The notes under the pieces: model-generated | The model's input: only the letters and a program-made list of their open reading frames with translations | What the model was told of the DNA's origin: nothing | Database searches by the model: none | In this document: piece after piece, positions 48,107-56,887 of the stretch | How the letters are laid out: every line of letters starts with the position of its first letter | How positions within the stretch are numbered: position 1 is the first letter of the stretch | Assembly (NCBI GenBank): GCA_945877765.1 | Contig: CAMDWQ010000004.1 | Coordinates: forward strand, 44,558-108,557 | DNA from: Candidatus Omnitrophota bacterium | GTDB lineage: Bacteria > Omnitrophota > Gorgyraeia > 2-02-FULL-51-18 | Direction of reading: 5' to 3' | DNA length: 64,000 nt | Translations under genes and position numbers: made by a program

Positions 48107-48935
48107 AAGTTAAGATTGCCTGATAATCTCCCGGAGCTAGACGCCCAACCCATTCTGTTTTTCCGGTTTCGGTCTGTCCTGGGAAAGTGTATATCTTATT
48201 TAAATCTCCGCGAGCGCGAACCCTACCATCCTTATCCATAATCAAAAAATTTCCGCCGAGTGTGACATCTACATTGCCGCTATTGAAAAAAGTGGACGAT
48301 ATCTGAAGCGGTTGATTGCCTTCGGAGGGCTTGATTTCAACTAACTTGATTTGCCCATTTTTTTCAGAAAATCCCTTGGTTTCGACGTAAAACAAACTGC
48401 CAATGCGCCCCGCGACTAGGACGTTGACCCCCTCCTCATCTTGGGCAGTACCAAGAATGGTTTCAAAGAAAAGGACAGCATAATGACCGCCCTTTGCATC
48501 ACTGGGGACTGCGATGGTATAGCGGACTACTGTCTTACCAAAAGGACCAATGGTTTCTTCAGCGGGTGAAAAAGTGATCCATTTCCCAGCCGAAAAAGGC
48601 GTGGATGCGATCGGTGAAAATATTTTTTCTCCCGTACCGCCTGGGGCATAGACCCAATCTTCCAAATACACTCTTACCTTGATGCTTTCTTCTGTTGGGT
48701 TTTCTGCTGTAATCTCGCCTGTATAAGTCTCACCCGGAGCAACCTCTACCTCCACCTTGGGGGCACTGATTCTGATAGTAGCAGCCTGCGAATCTACCGT
48801 GAAGGAAAACAAAACCAGTAGGGCAACAAAACCTGTCACCATCAATCTCTTAATCAAGTCGCAGCTCCTTAAGGAAACCAATAAAGAAAATAAAATAAAC
48901 AAAATCATCGTAGCAGACGAAAATAGATGTGTCAA
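48051..48935 (-). CDS. Periplasmic PapD-like pilus chaperone candidate (two Ig-like domains)
   Basis: Signal peptide. IRISAPKVEVEV...IKVRVYLEDW...ITFSPAEETIGPFGKTVVRY...HYAVLFFETI parallels the PapD N-domain strand pattern. Pattern-level only. Confidence 0.4.
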   Translation of the reverse strand: MTHLFSSATMILFILFSLLVSLRSCDLIKRLMVTGFVALLVLFSFTVDSQAATIRISAPKVEVEVAPGETYTGEITAENPTEESIKVRVYLEDWVYAPGGTGEKIFSPIASTPFSAGKWITFSPAEETIGPFGKTVVRYTIAVPSDAKGGHYAVLFFETILGTAQDEEGVNVLVAGRIGSLFYVETKGFSEKNGQIKLVEIKPSEGNQPLQISSTFFNSGNVDVTLGGNFLIMDKDGRVRARGDLNKIYTFPGQTETGKTEWVGRLAPGDYQAILTYDLGKGKTIVEEKSLTAL

Positions 48936-48994
48936 TTGACAACTTCCTATTTAGGATAAACAGAACCCGGGGTGGGCGTGATTAGAGAAAAAAA

Positions 48995-49029
48995 CTCCCC
49001 AAAAAAACCGTGTAGGTTTTTTTGGGGAG
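48995..49029 (-). terminator. Perfect 15-bp-stem hairpin with a U-rich stem just after the stop of the 242-aa SCPU-like gene
   Basis: CTCCCCAAAAAAACC-gtgta-GGTTTTTTTGGGGAG. Confidence 0.5.
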
Positions 49030-49043
49030 CTTGCAAAACTTAA

Positions 49044-49688
49044 TTACGCTGTTAGCGTGAGAGTATAGGTGCTGGTATAAACATTTGCTTTCTGATCGGG
49101 CGGGGTTGGTTGCCAACCGGTGAATGGAGCAGATCCATTGGCATTTCCACCACTGTAACCATACACGATTTCTATGGAGTGCGCGTCATCTTCCCCTTGT
49201 CCTGCGGCATTGCTCGTGTAGAGGAGACGGTTTGCAGTGCTAACCGCATCGCGCCCGGCAGTTGAAGCAAAGGTTCCCTTCATTGCTCCGCCTTGTGTTT
49301 TAACCACAGCAAATTCACCAACCGAGCGAGGAAGAGCAGTGCCATCGGCGGCTTTCAATACATCCATTTTAGCCATCAGAGTAAACCGAGCTCCTCCATT
49401 GTATCTAATCTCAGGGAAAAGATGAAAAGCCTTTCCTCTAAGAGCGTTAGTCGTAGGATTACCGCTAGCGTCCACATTGGTCAGCGTGCCGTGATTCATC
49501 TCCGTTAACGCGGGACCCAAAGTAATAGGATTTTGGCCCGTTTCTTCCTTAATCACCATCCCTAAAGAAAATGACGCGACAACCGTCGCGCTAACTGGGG
49601 CTGATGCGCTTGTGGAAGCCGCTTGGCTATTACCAGCCATCGACAGCATAAATCCAAACAACGCTAAAGCTGAGATTATTTTTTTCAT
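49044..49688 (-). CDS. Secreted SCPU-like protein (candidate major fibre subunit)
   Basis: Start trimmed to the signal peptide MKKIISALALFGFMLSMAGNSQA, with GAGGAG RBS. C-terminal ...ANVYTSTYTLTLTA SCPU-type ending. Hairpins on both sides of the gene. Confidence 0.5.
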   Translation of the reverse strand: MKKIISALALFGFMLSMAGNSQAASTSASAPVSATVVASFSLGMVIKEETGQNPITLGPALTEMNHGTLTNVDASGNPTTNALRGKAFHLFPEIRYNGGARFTLMAKMDVLKAADGTALPRSVGEFAVVKTQGGAMKGTFASTAGRDAVSTANRLLYTSNAAGQGEDDAHSIEIVYGYSGGNANGSAPFTGWQPTPPDQKANVYTSTYTLTLTA

Positions 49689-49770
49689 GGTCTTCTCCTC
49701 TGTTGTTTTATTTTTTTTGCTTAACTCTGTTTTAATTTTTTTCCTTTGGGTAGGAGCGGTCTTTTTCATC

Positions 49771-49817
49771 AAAAAAAGCCGAGCTACCTAATGACTATCT
49801 CTATTAGGTAACTCGGC
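49771..49817 (-). terminator. 15-bp-stem hairpin plus U7 in the leader of the 242-aa gene (terminator/attenuator after the upstream 232-aa gene)
   Basis: The minus-strand RNA stem is fully paired (one G-U). The plus-strand version would contain a C-A mismatch. It is followed by UUUUUUU. Confidence 0.45.
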
Positions 49818-50071
49818 TTTCCGCCAATCAAGCTCGGCGGATCCGTGGCTTTGCGTCCCGCCCTTGCGAGCGGTTTGCGTTTTTCTAAAAAAGTCTAAAA
49901 CAAAGAACAACCATTTATTAACTTTTCCCTTACTCGTGTTACGAGTGTACATCAACTTTATCGAGTTGTCAAGTATATGAGTGATTTAAAATTATATGTA
50001 ACTCTATTAAAATAAATGAGTTACAGATATAAAATTATTTATTTAAAGTAATTAAAAAAGGTGTGATTGAA

Positions 50072-50770
50072 CTATTCGGTAATCGTAAATGTCACCGTCG
50101 CGTTATAAGTGCCCCTCATTTGATCGATAGGCACATAACTCGAGGCTCCCGTCGCAGGATCGTCAGTAATTGAAAAATGCGTTTGAATCGCACGATAGTC
50201 TCCGATTGAATTACTCTGATAAATCTGCCTCCCCGGAGACGCTCCAACCCAGCTGCCCTTCTCACCGAGAGTTCCGACCAGAGGCTGCGGGCCATCTCCA
50301 AAATCATTATCAAAGGCAGAGTAGACTGGAACCACCACGCAAGCACCGCTGGGAATCGTTTTTCCAGATACTTCTGTCAAGGCGTTACTATAACAATTAA
50401 TATAATAAGGCTTCCCTGTGGGTTGCGGATAAATCATGGCGACAACACTGCCGGTACCCGTACTGCCTGACGTGGATGAACGAAGGGTGATGCCTCCCGT
50501 ATTGGGGTTGGTAAAAGGCACAAGCACTCCAAAATCCATCGAGGATATGATGGATCCCGTAGAGCTGTTTTTATGCAAAACAATCGTGATCCCTAAAGTG
50601 GGGTCAAAATTACCTTCAAATACTCCTCCTCCACCGCCGCCTTCCGTGCATAAAGCGGAGGGCGCACAAACAAACAGAAGAAAAATAAAACTAATGTTTG
50701 TCTTAAGTAAACGAATCCGTCCGCAGAAATTGTTTATCATTGACGCCTCGCACCATCTGTTTTTATCCAA
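50072..50770 (-). CDS. Secreted SCPU-domain protein
   Basis: Hydrophobic N-terminus. Gly-rich linker. C-terminal ...MRGTYNATVTFTITE is a textbook SCPU ending. Confidence 0.55.
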   Translation of the reverse strand: MDKNRWCEASMINNFCGRIRLLKTNISFIFLLFVCAPSALCTEGGGGGGVFEGNFDPTLGITIVLHKNSSTGSIISSMDFGVLVPFTNPNTGGITLRSSTSGSTGTGSVVAMIYPQPTGKPYYINCYSNALTEVSGKTIPSGACVVVPVYSAFDNDFGDGPQPLVGTLGEKGSWVGASPGRQIYQSNSIGDYRAIQTHFSITDDPATGASSYVPIDQMRGTYNATVTFTITE

Positions 50771-50777
50771 ATAAAAT

Positions 50778-52205
50778 CTATACAGTCGTAAGGGAATATT
50801 TAACGATCGTACTAAATGGCCCCGCTTTAGGTGATTCAGAAGTTTTTAAAGCATAGGTCAAAATAAATTTTTCCGGAGCGCCTCGCGGATTAGAGGTATA
50901 TACAACCTCCGAGCCCTCCCTCACGGCTACTGGGGATAAGTTGGCTAATGTCCCCGTCTGGGCCTCGGACCCGAAATAAGTAAAATTTTGCGGCGGAAGA
51001 GCATGTCCTTGGGGACTTGTGATCTTATTAGAAACGATCTGAACCACCTGGTAAGGTTCATTCAAGTTGCTGTGCACCTTCACAGTCACCGTCTTTTCAC
51101 GCACTTCGTTGGCGTTCTTGAAGACGCCAAAACTCACCTTAGTCACTTCTGGCAGCTCTATATCCAAATAAAAAATAGGCTCCACTTCTAGCTGGATCGG
51201 AATAATCACGGGCTGTAAGGGTGTGTTTTGTGCGGCGGAGTCAACTTTTAACTTAACGGTTCCGCTATAAATACCGGCTTTTTGAGTGGAGTCCGGTGAG
51301 GCTATATATTTTAAAGCGAAACTATCGCTAAGACCTGAATCACTAACATAAACTCGTTCTGAATTGCTCGGTACGGAAACGGGAGAATTCTTCGCCGTCA
51401 AAACACCCTTATCGCCTCCCAAAGCGACTAATTTTAAATCAGCTTCATTGATGATTTGACCGTCTTGAGAAGTCAGGGGTTCTGCCATCTCCTGAAAAAT
51501 TGTATAGGCGGCGCTATTACTTTCTACAACAACGGACAATGTGTCGTCAGCCACCAGGCGATCCCTGGAAATACGACCCAAATCTATTTGACGAAGGCCT
51601 CTGGAGTTTTGGATATTCAAACTGAATGTGGGGCGGACATTGACCACCACATTTAAAATAACGGTACTTTGCGAAACTCCCGGCTGTGAGCTGACTGGTT
51701 GAGCGATCAATTTCAACATCGTCCGGTACAAGCCTCCCGGTTGACCTTCAGGAATCATGATGTTAAACACCAAAACAAACGTGTCTGTATCTCCAGCACC
51801 ATTGGAGGTGTAAATGGGTGTCCGGCCCATCAGAACAGGGGTCTCCTGCTGAGTTTTGAGCGTACCCAACGAAGAGGAGGGGGAAAAAACAATCAAAGAC
51901 CTCTGAGGAATCATAGCACCCGTTTCATTGGTCAGAGGTTGATTCATCTCTTGATAAATGGTGTATTGGGTGGTGACCGTACTCGTCATCGTAATCGTGA
52001 CTTCTTCATTTCTTGCATAAGAGCCGGGCTTGACATCATCAAAACGGATACCGTGAGTTTCTCTCGTCGGTGTTGCATTTAATAGAAATACCGCGTGCGC
52101 CTCGCAGGGAACCCCTAAAAACAACCCCACAAGAATGACCCGCACAAAGAAATCTCTGCTAAATAACTTCACCGAAATCTCCATTCTTTGAGTGTTAGAA
52201 CTCAC
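50778..52205 (-). CDS. Secreted protein with three tandem SCPU-like domains
   Basis: Three roughly 120-aa repeats. Each starts (Y)TI(Y/F)QEM..PLT... and ends ..PGGLYRTMLKLI / ..KAGIYSGTVKLKV / ..KAGPFSTIVKYSLTTV. Confidence 0.55.
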   Translation of the reverse strand: MSSNTQRMEISVKLFSRDFFVRVILVGLFLGVPCEAHAVFLLNATPTRETHGIRFDDVKPGSYARNEEVTITMTSTVTTQYTIYQEMNQPLTNETGAMIPQRSLIVFSPSSSLGTLKTQQETPVLMGRTPIYTSNGAGDTDTFVLVFNIMIPEGQPGGLYRTMLKLIAQPVSSQPGVSQSTVILNVVVNVRPTFSLNIQNSRGLRQIDLGRISRDRLVADDTLSVVVESNSAAYTIFQEMAEPLTSQDGQIINEADLKLVALGGDKGVLTAKNSPVSVPSNSERVYVSDSGLSDSFALKYIASPDSTQKAGIYSGTVKLKVDSAAQNTPLQPVIIPIQLEVEPIFYLDIELPEVTKVSFGVFKNANEVREKTVTVKVHSNLNEPYQVVQIVSNKITSPQGHALPPQNFTYFGSEAQTGTLANLSPVAVREGSEVVYTSNPRGAPEKFILTYALKTSESPKAGPFSTIVKYSLTTV

Positions 52206-54885
52206 CAGTCAAGGATACACGGAAAAGATGCTCAGTGTCAATGGTGGGCAGTGAAAAAACACCTGCATTATAAGGGTTTCCCGCAAGATAGGGTGAGAAA
52301 CCAAAAACACCATATTCTCCCCTCAAAACAGAAGTGGCGTTGAGCTTGTAATCAAGGCTCGCATAGAAATTTTCATGCCCATCATAACTGACCTCCGTCT
52401 CGTTAGAAGCTGCGTAGCGGGGAATATCAATCTGACGAGAATAGGTAAAATCACAAAACCAGCTTAATTTTTTGGTCTGCACAAATTCCATACCCAGCCC
52501 CACATGGTTGACATTGTCATCAATGCCGCCAGCCGCGCGATAGCCGTTTTGAGCGGCATGCAGTGTGCAAGTAATCCGGCTTTCCGGCTTAAAAATTAGT
52601 CTCTCCTTAAAAATGTTGTAATATTGATAAGGTACCGACCCGCCCAAAACACCCCCTTGAAAATACATAAAATTTTGCATGCGATCAATCAGAATACCAT
52701 CGACGCGCTCCACGGGATCCCGAAAGAAATCATTGAGGAGGCCGCGCGGAAAATCAGGGATGGCATTTGTCCGCTCGTAGATCCCCTCAACCGTTAACCG
52801 CGAGTTGACCACGTACTGCAAAGCACCGCTTAACGTAAATTGATCGGCGTTCTGATCGGCTCTGACAGCGGTGTTCCGAACGACAAAATCAGTCAGATCA
52901 ATATCGTCTTTGGGAAAATAAAATCCTGTAAATACAGGATCAACATCAGCGGTGGTCCTGGGTAAAGCACGCCAGCGGAATAGTCCCTTGGCGGTGACGC
53001 TCGGATTAATTTTTAGAGTAATCTCATCACGAGTCACTGTTTCCACGTAAGCGGTATTAATCGCTTTATGCACATTGCGCACGTCAAATTCATTGTAAAA
53101 ACGATCTTTGAATAATTTTTCTTTCCAATGAAAACGAACCACCATGCGGTTCACATCCAAGCCGTCGCCGAGTTTGAATGACTCCAAATCCGGACGATTG
53201 TCAAAACGGATATGGGTCCCCCAAAAACGGTCATCGCGCGTACTCAGATAGGAGGAGTTCAGCGGGTCAAAAGTGGCGTCCATCTGCGCATAACTTAAAA
53301 GCCACTGGCTGTGGCCGTCATTATCCTTGTGGTCATAATCCCCCACCAATTCTGCCTTATAAGCAAATCCATCCCGACTGGTTCGCGTTCCCTGGGTCGT
53401 GAGTAAGTCCAGTTCACGATGGGATACAGCAACTTCTCCTAAAAAATTCACATTCTCCGTCACCGCATACTTCGTATCAATGCCTAATACATGGTCTGAG
53501 TCGGCAACACTGTTATCCACAAGACCTTCACGAAAAGTAAATGTAGCGGCGTTGGTCATCTTTTCGTTGGCGCGGTTCTTGAAACGGATAGCCCCTACAA
53601 CATTGTCAGCGGCATCAAACTTTTCATCCCAGGGTGTATAAGGCGCGGCGACAGTTGCGACAAAGTAGTTATCATCGGTGGCGGCTTCCATCGATGCCCC
53701 GCGAAGAAGCACCAAGCGATTACCCTCGCTGTCGCGCGCATAGTAAGAGAGCGCGTCAGAGTAATAGCCGCGCTTAATTGAGTGGTCTGCAAAATACTGG
53801 ACGGGCCGGTATTGGTACAACCAAGGGCTTGCCTGCCAATAATCCTTATTATTTGATAATCTTAGAGGATCATCTGTCGTCAATGCCTGATTTTCATCGG
53901 CTAACGCAAAGACACGCGCATGCCAATTATCTTCCTTGTAGTCGATCCACATTTTACGAAAAGGCCTGAGTTCAGTATCGATGTTGTGTTCGGGAATGTT
54001 GTACGACAAACCTGCGTCGTTACCGGGGATTCCGTCATTATCATCCAAACCCTGCACCACCGTCCCGCTAGTCAAATGACCCTGATGTGCTTTAATGTAG
54101 GGGAACGCAACGCGATCCGCAGTTGAATTGCGATACACCTCCCGAATGGTTGAGTTGAAAGCGCCAAAGTATTTCAAATTGTAATCGAGTGTGGTACTTG
54201 GATTTTGGTTGTTACGTGTCGTCTGATCGCCGGTCGTACCCACCCAGGACCAGGGGTCAATGACGATTTGCGTATAAAAATCCCATTTTTTTTCGGGGGA
54301 AAATTCGACGTTTAGTTGATACTGGTTATAGATCCCCGGGTCATACGTATTTTCGCGCCTCTCTCCAAAAATATAGTCGGATTGCGGGCCTTGCAGAGTC
54401 TGGATAGCCAACGCAGAGTTGGCGTCATTGAAAATAAAATCTTCTCCATTGCTTCCGGCGGCCAGGCGATACCGCCCCCACGTTCGAACCATTCCCATCG
54501 AGGCGCCTTTTTTCTCTTTAGCGGGATCCTTGGGAGCTGACTCAGGCTCAGAACTATATTCTTCCCCGGTTTCACTTAAGGGTTTTACAACCAACGTTTT
54601 TTGATTCAGGGGAGCTTCGGGAGCCCCTTCGTTGCGGGATTCCATAGCCGGCACTTTTGAACTTTCAATTATTTTTTGAACGTACTGGTTAAAGGCTTCA
54701 ATCTCATCCTCTGAATATTCCGGAAAATCTTTGAAATCAGTGGTGGGCCCTACAACTTTTTTGGCCGAAAAATCTCCTTGGGCGGCTGGGGAACTAGAAG
54801 CGGTTTCAGCAAAAGAAAAAGGTATAAAAAGAAATATAAAAAGGGTGCTGTAAATTAAGTATAAAAAAAATCCCTTTGGTTTCAT
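52195..54885 (-). CDS. Large (about 897 aa) outer-membrane beta-barrel protein of unknown family, ending ...LTGEF
   Basis: Signal peptide MKPKGFFLYLIYSTLFIFLFIPFSFA. Acidic low-complexity N-terminal region. Amphipathic alternating strands rich in Y/G/D/N. C-terminal Phe. No TonB box or plug. Confidence 0.5.
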   Translation of the reverse strand: MKPKGFFLYLIYSTLFIFLFIPFSFAETASSSPAAQGDFSAKKVVGPTTDFKDFPEYSEDEIEAFNQYVQKIIESSKVPAMESRNEGAPEAPLNQKTLVVKPLSETGEEYSSEPESAPKDPAKEKKGASMGMVRTWGRYRLAAGSNGEDFIFNDANSALAIQTLQGPQSDYIFGERRENTYDPGIYNQYQLNVEFSPEKKWDFYTQIVIDPWSWVGTTGDQTTRNNQNPSTTLDYNLKYFGAFNSTIREVYRNSTADRVAFPYIKAHQGHLTSGTVVQGLDDNDGIPGNDAGLSYNIPEHNIDTELRPFRKMWIDYKEDNWHARVFALADENQALTTDDPLRLSNNKDYWQASPWLYQYRPVQYFADHSIKRGYYSDALSYYARDSEGNRLVLLRGASMEAATDDNYFVATVAAPYTPWDEKFDAADNVVGAIRFKNRANEKMTNAATFTFREGLVDNSVADSDHVLGIDTKYAVTENVNFLGEVAVSHRELDLLTTQGTRTSRDGFAYKAELVGDYDHKDNDGHSQWLLSYAQMDATFDPLNSSYLSTRDDRFWGTHIRFDNRPDLESFKLGDGLDVNRMVVRFHWKEKLFKDRFYNEFDVRNVHKAINTAYVETVTRDEITLKINPSVTAKGLFRWRALPRTTADVDPVFTGFYFPKDDIDLTDFVVRNTAVRADQNADQFTLSGALQYVVNSRLTVEGIYERTNAIPDFPRGLLNDFFRDPVERVDGILIDRMQNFMYFQGGVLGGSVPYQYYNIFKERLIFKPESRITCTLHAAQNGYRAAGGIDDNVNHVGLGMEFVQTKKLSWFCDFTYSRQIDIPRYAASNETEVSYDGHENFYASLDYKLNATSVLRGEYGVFGFSPYLAGNPYNAGVFSLPTIDTEHLFRVSLTGEF

Positions 54886-54935
54886 TGGGGTATTATTCCA
54901 TACCGGGTGAGTCGCTTTCAACAAATTAGTACGCT

Positions 54936-56882
54936 TTAAGAACCTTGCTTGCTTTCAACTTCCACACGACTCTTAAGATCAAACGGATTGAATCCGGTCC
55001 AAGCAAAGATTCCGTAAGCGGTGCCTGAAACAGAACCTGTCCTCAACCCCTTAGGAGTCCGCCATCCATGCCCAGTCTCAGCATTGTCCGCCGATGCATA
55101 AGGAAGACAACCGCGGCCCTTTCCAATCTTAGAAGGGCTGGTAATAATTAGCTTTTGAAGCTCTGAAAGATAATAATTGGCCTTATCCCGGTAAAACCCC
55201 GCTTTCTCCGAATTTCCCATGGATTCAAAATAACGGCTTAGTATCTGATAAGACACGACCACTTGCGCTGTCCACTCGCTAGAGATGATTCCCCCTCTAC
55301 CGACATTCTGCGCCTTGGCAAAATCAAAACCAGTGGCTTTTGCTACTTTTCCTCCGGGCTGCTGGTACGAAACGGTGACCTTGCAGTGCTCTTCCGCAAA
55401 TTCCATGATCGCCTCCGGGTCAAAATCAGAAGCGCTAAGTTTTTCAGGGCCCAGAGCAGCAACCGCCCAGCTAAATGTGTCGGTGGCAATCGTGGCATCC
55501 CCTTTTCCACGGTTCATCCGCCTCTCTGTCATGCTGTAGGCGTATTTCCGAATCCAGTTAAAAACCTTCTCCTGCGCCTCTTTATATTTTGGATCCTTGG
55601 TTATTTCATAGAGCATGCCAAAAAAAGCATAGGCGTCAAGATTGTGCTCGGTGCTGTACCAGCTAAATTGCGGCCCGCCTTTGAGGCCACCCTCCGCATC
55701 TTGCCCAGAAATAAGCCAATCCCCAATACTTTTTGCAAGATCAACGAATTTCCCGTCTTTGATCCGGTGCTCATACTGCAACGCCGCAATCCCAATCCAG
55801 ACGTTGGGACCCACATGCACTAGGCTTTCGATAGGCTGCCCACCCAGTGTGTCGTAGGCATTTAGAAAAGCGCCGTCCTGTTTCTGCGCGCTATGGTCAA
55901 AAAACGAAAGAATCGCTGCCGCTTCCTCAACATCACCAAACAAAAGAAACGTCTGACAAACTAGCGAAAGATCATAAGTAAAAGCAACATTTTCTAGCGA
56001 CGAATCTCCTTCAAAACTAGCCACAAGGCCGGTCTTTAGATTGCGATGCGACTGTAGCCACTCAACCATCTGATGAAGCGCTGCCGTTGCGGTAAGCCTT
56101 TCCGACTTTTGAATATCCTGATAGGTTGTGTTGAGTGCCGCCTGCCCGGACTCAATGCTTTTTAGGCGCTCAGAAATATCTCTCTGTTTTTCGAGATTGA
56201 CGGCCAGTTCTTGACGGTAAGCCTCTTGCACCGACGCGCTCTCATTTTGCAGGGCATCCAACTTCGATTCGAGGCCTTTGATTTTACCGTGAGCCTGTTT
56301 CAAATCTCCCGACAACTTAAGCTTTGCGTTTTGTATTTCAACCAACTTGGAGGAGACGTCTGATTTTTTTTCGGCGTTTTGGATTAATTGCTGGACAAGC
56401 TTTTTGTTTTGTTGGAGAAGTCTTTGTTCACCAAGATAAAAATTAGCGGTTAGGAGGAATAAAAAAATCCCCAGCACAACCGCTGCACGGGGAATCCAAA
56501 TTAACCTCTGGGCATAACGGACAATGCGCCGGCGTGCGGATTCATTAATCTTGGTGTAGTGAACGCCAATGTAATAACGGGGGGGTGAGAGCTTGTCTTC
56601 TTTTCTCAGCCAGGTAACCGACGCCTCCGCCTGAATCGGTTTTCGCGTAAACGGCGGATTGATGGATAGCTCTAGTTTCGCATTAGGACGAGTAAGGTCT
56701 CTCTCCGTTTCTTTTCCGAAGCTTTTAAGTTCAATGCAAATACCTCCAAGACTGACATCCCGGGTAAAACCCTGCAAAAGATATCTGGACGCATTTTCTC
56801 CCAGTTCATTCAACACCATGAACTCAACGGGAAAAACGGTCTCCATGCGGACGTATTTTCGTTTTTCCATCATTGGTTTCAA
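54936..56882 (-). CDS. PilZ-domain (c-di-GMP receptor) - TM helix - coiled coil - periplasmic (alpha/alpha)6-barrel-like domain fusion protein
   Basis: PilZ motifs RKYVR ... DVSLGG at the N-terminus. TM IWIPRAAVVLGIFLFLLTANFYLG. About 110-aa heptad-rich segment. Roughly 370-aa C-terminal domain rich in W/Y/A (SWAVAALG, TAYGIFAWTGFNPFD). Confidence 0.6.
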   Translation of the reverse strand: MKPMMEKRKYVRMETVFPVEFMVLNELGENASRYLLQGFTRDVSLGGICIELKSFGKETERDLTRPNAKLELSINPPFTRKPIQAEASVTWLRKEDKLSPPRYYIGVHYTKINESARRRIVRYAQRLIWIPRAAVVLGIFLFLLTANFYLGEQRLLQQNKKLVQQLIQNAEKKSDVSSKLVEIQNAKLKLSGDLKQAHGKIKGLESKLDALQNESASVQEAYRQELAVNLEKQRDISERLKSIESGQAALNTTYQDIQKSERLTATAALHQMVEWLQSHRNLKTGLVASFEGDSSLENVAFTYDLSLVCQTFLLFGDVEEAAAILSFFDHSAQKQDGAFLNAYDTLGGQPIESLVHVGPNVWIGIAALQYEHRIKDGKFVDLAKSIGDWLISGQDAEGGLKGGPQFSWYSTEHNLDAYAFFGMLYEITKDPKYKEAQEKVFNWIRKYAYSMTERRMNRGKGDATIATDTFSWAVAALGPEKLSASDFDPEAIMEFAEEHCKVTVSYQQPGGKVAKATGFDFAKAQNVGRGGIISSEWTAQVVVSYQILSRYFESMGNSEKAGFYRDKANYYLSELQKLIITSPSKIGKGRGCLPYASADNAETGHGWRTPKGLRTGSVSGTAYGIFAWTGFNPFDLKSRVEVESKQGS

Positions 56883-56887
56883 CCGCC

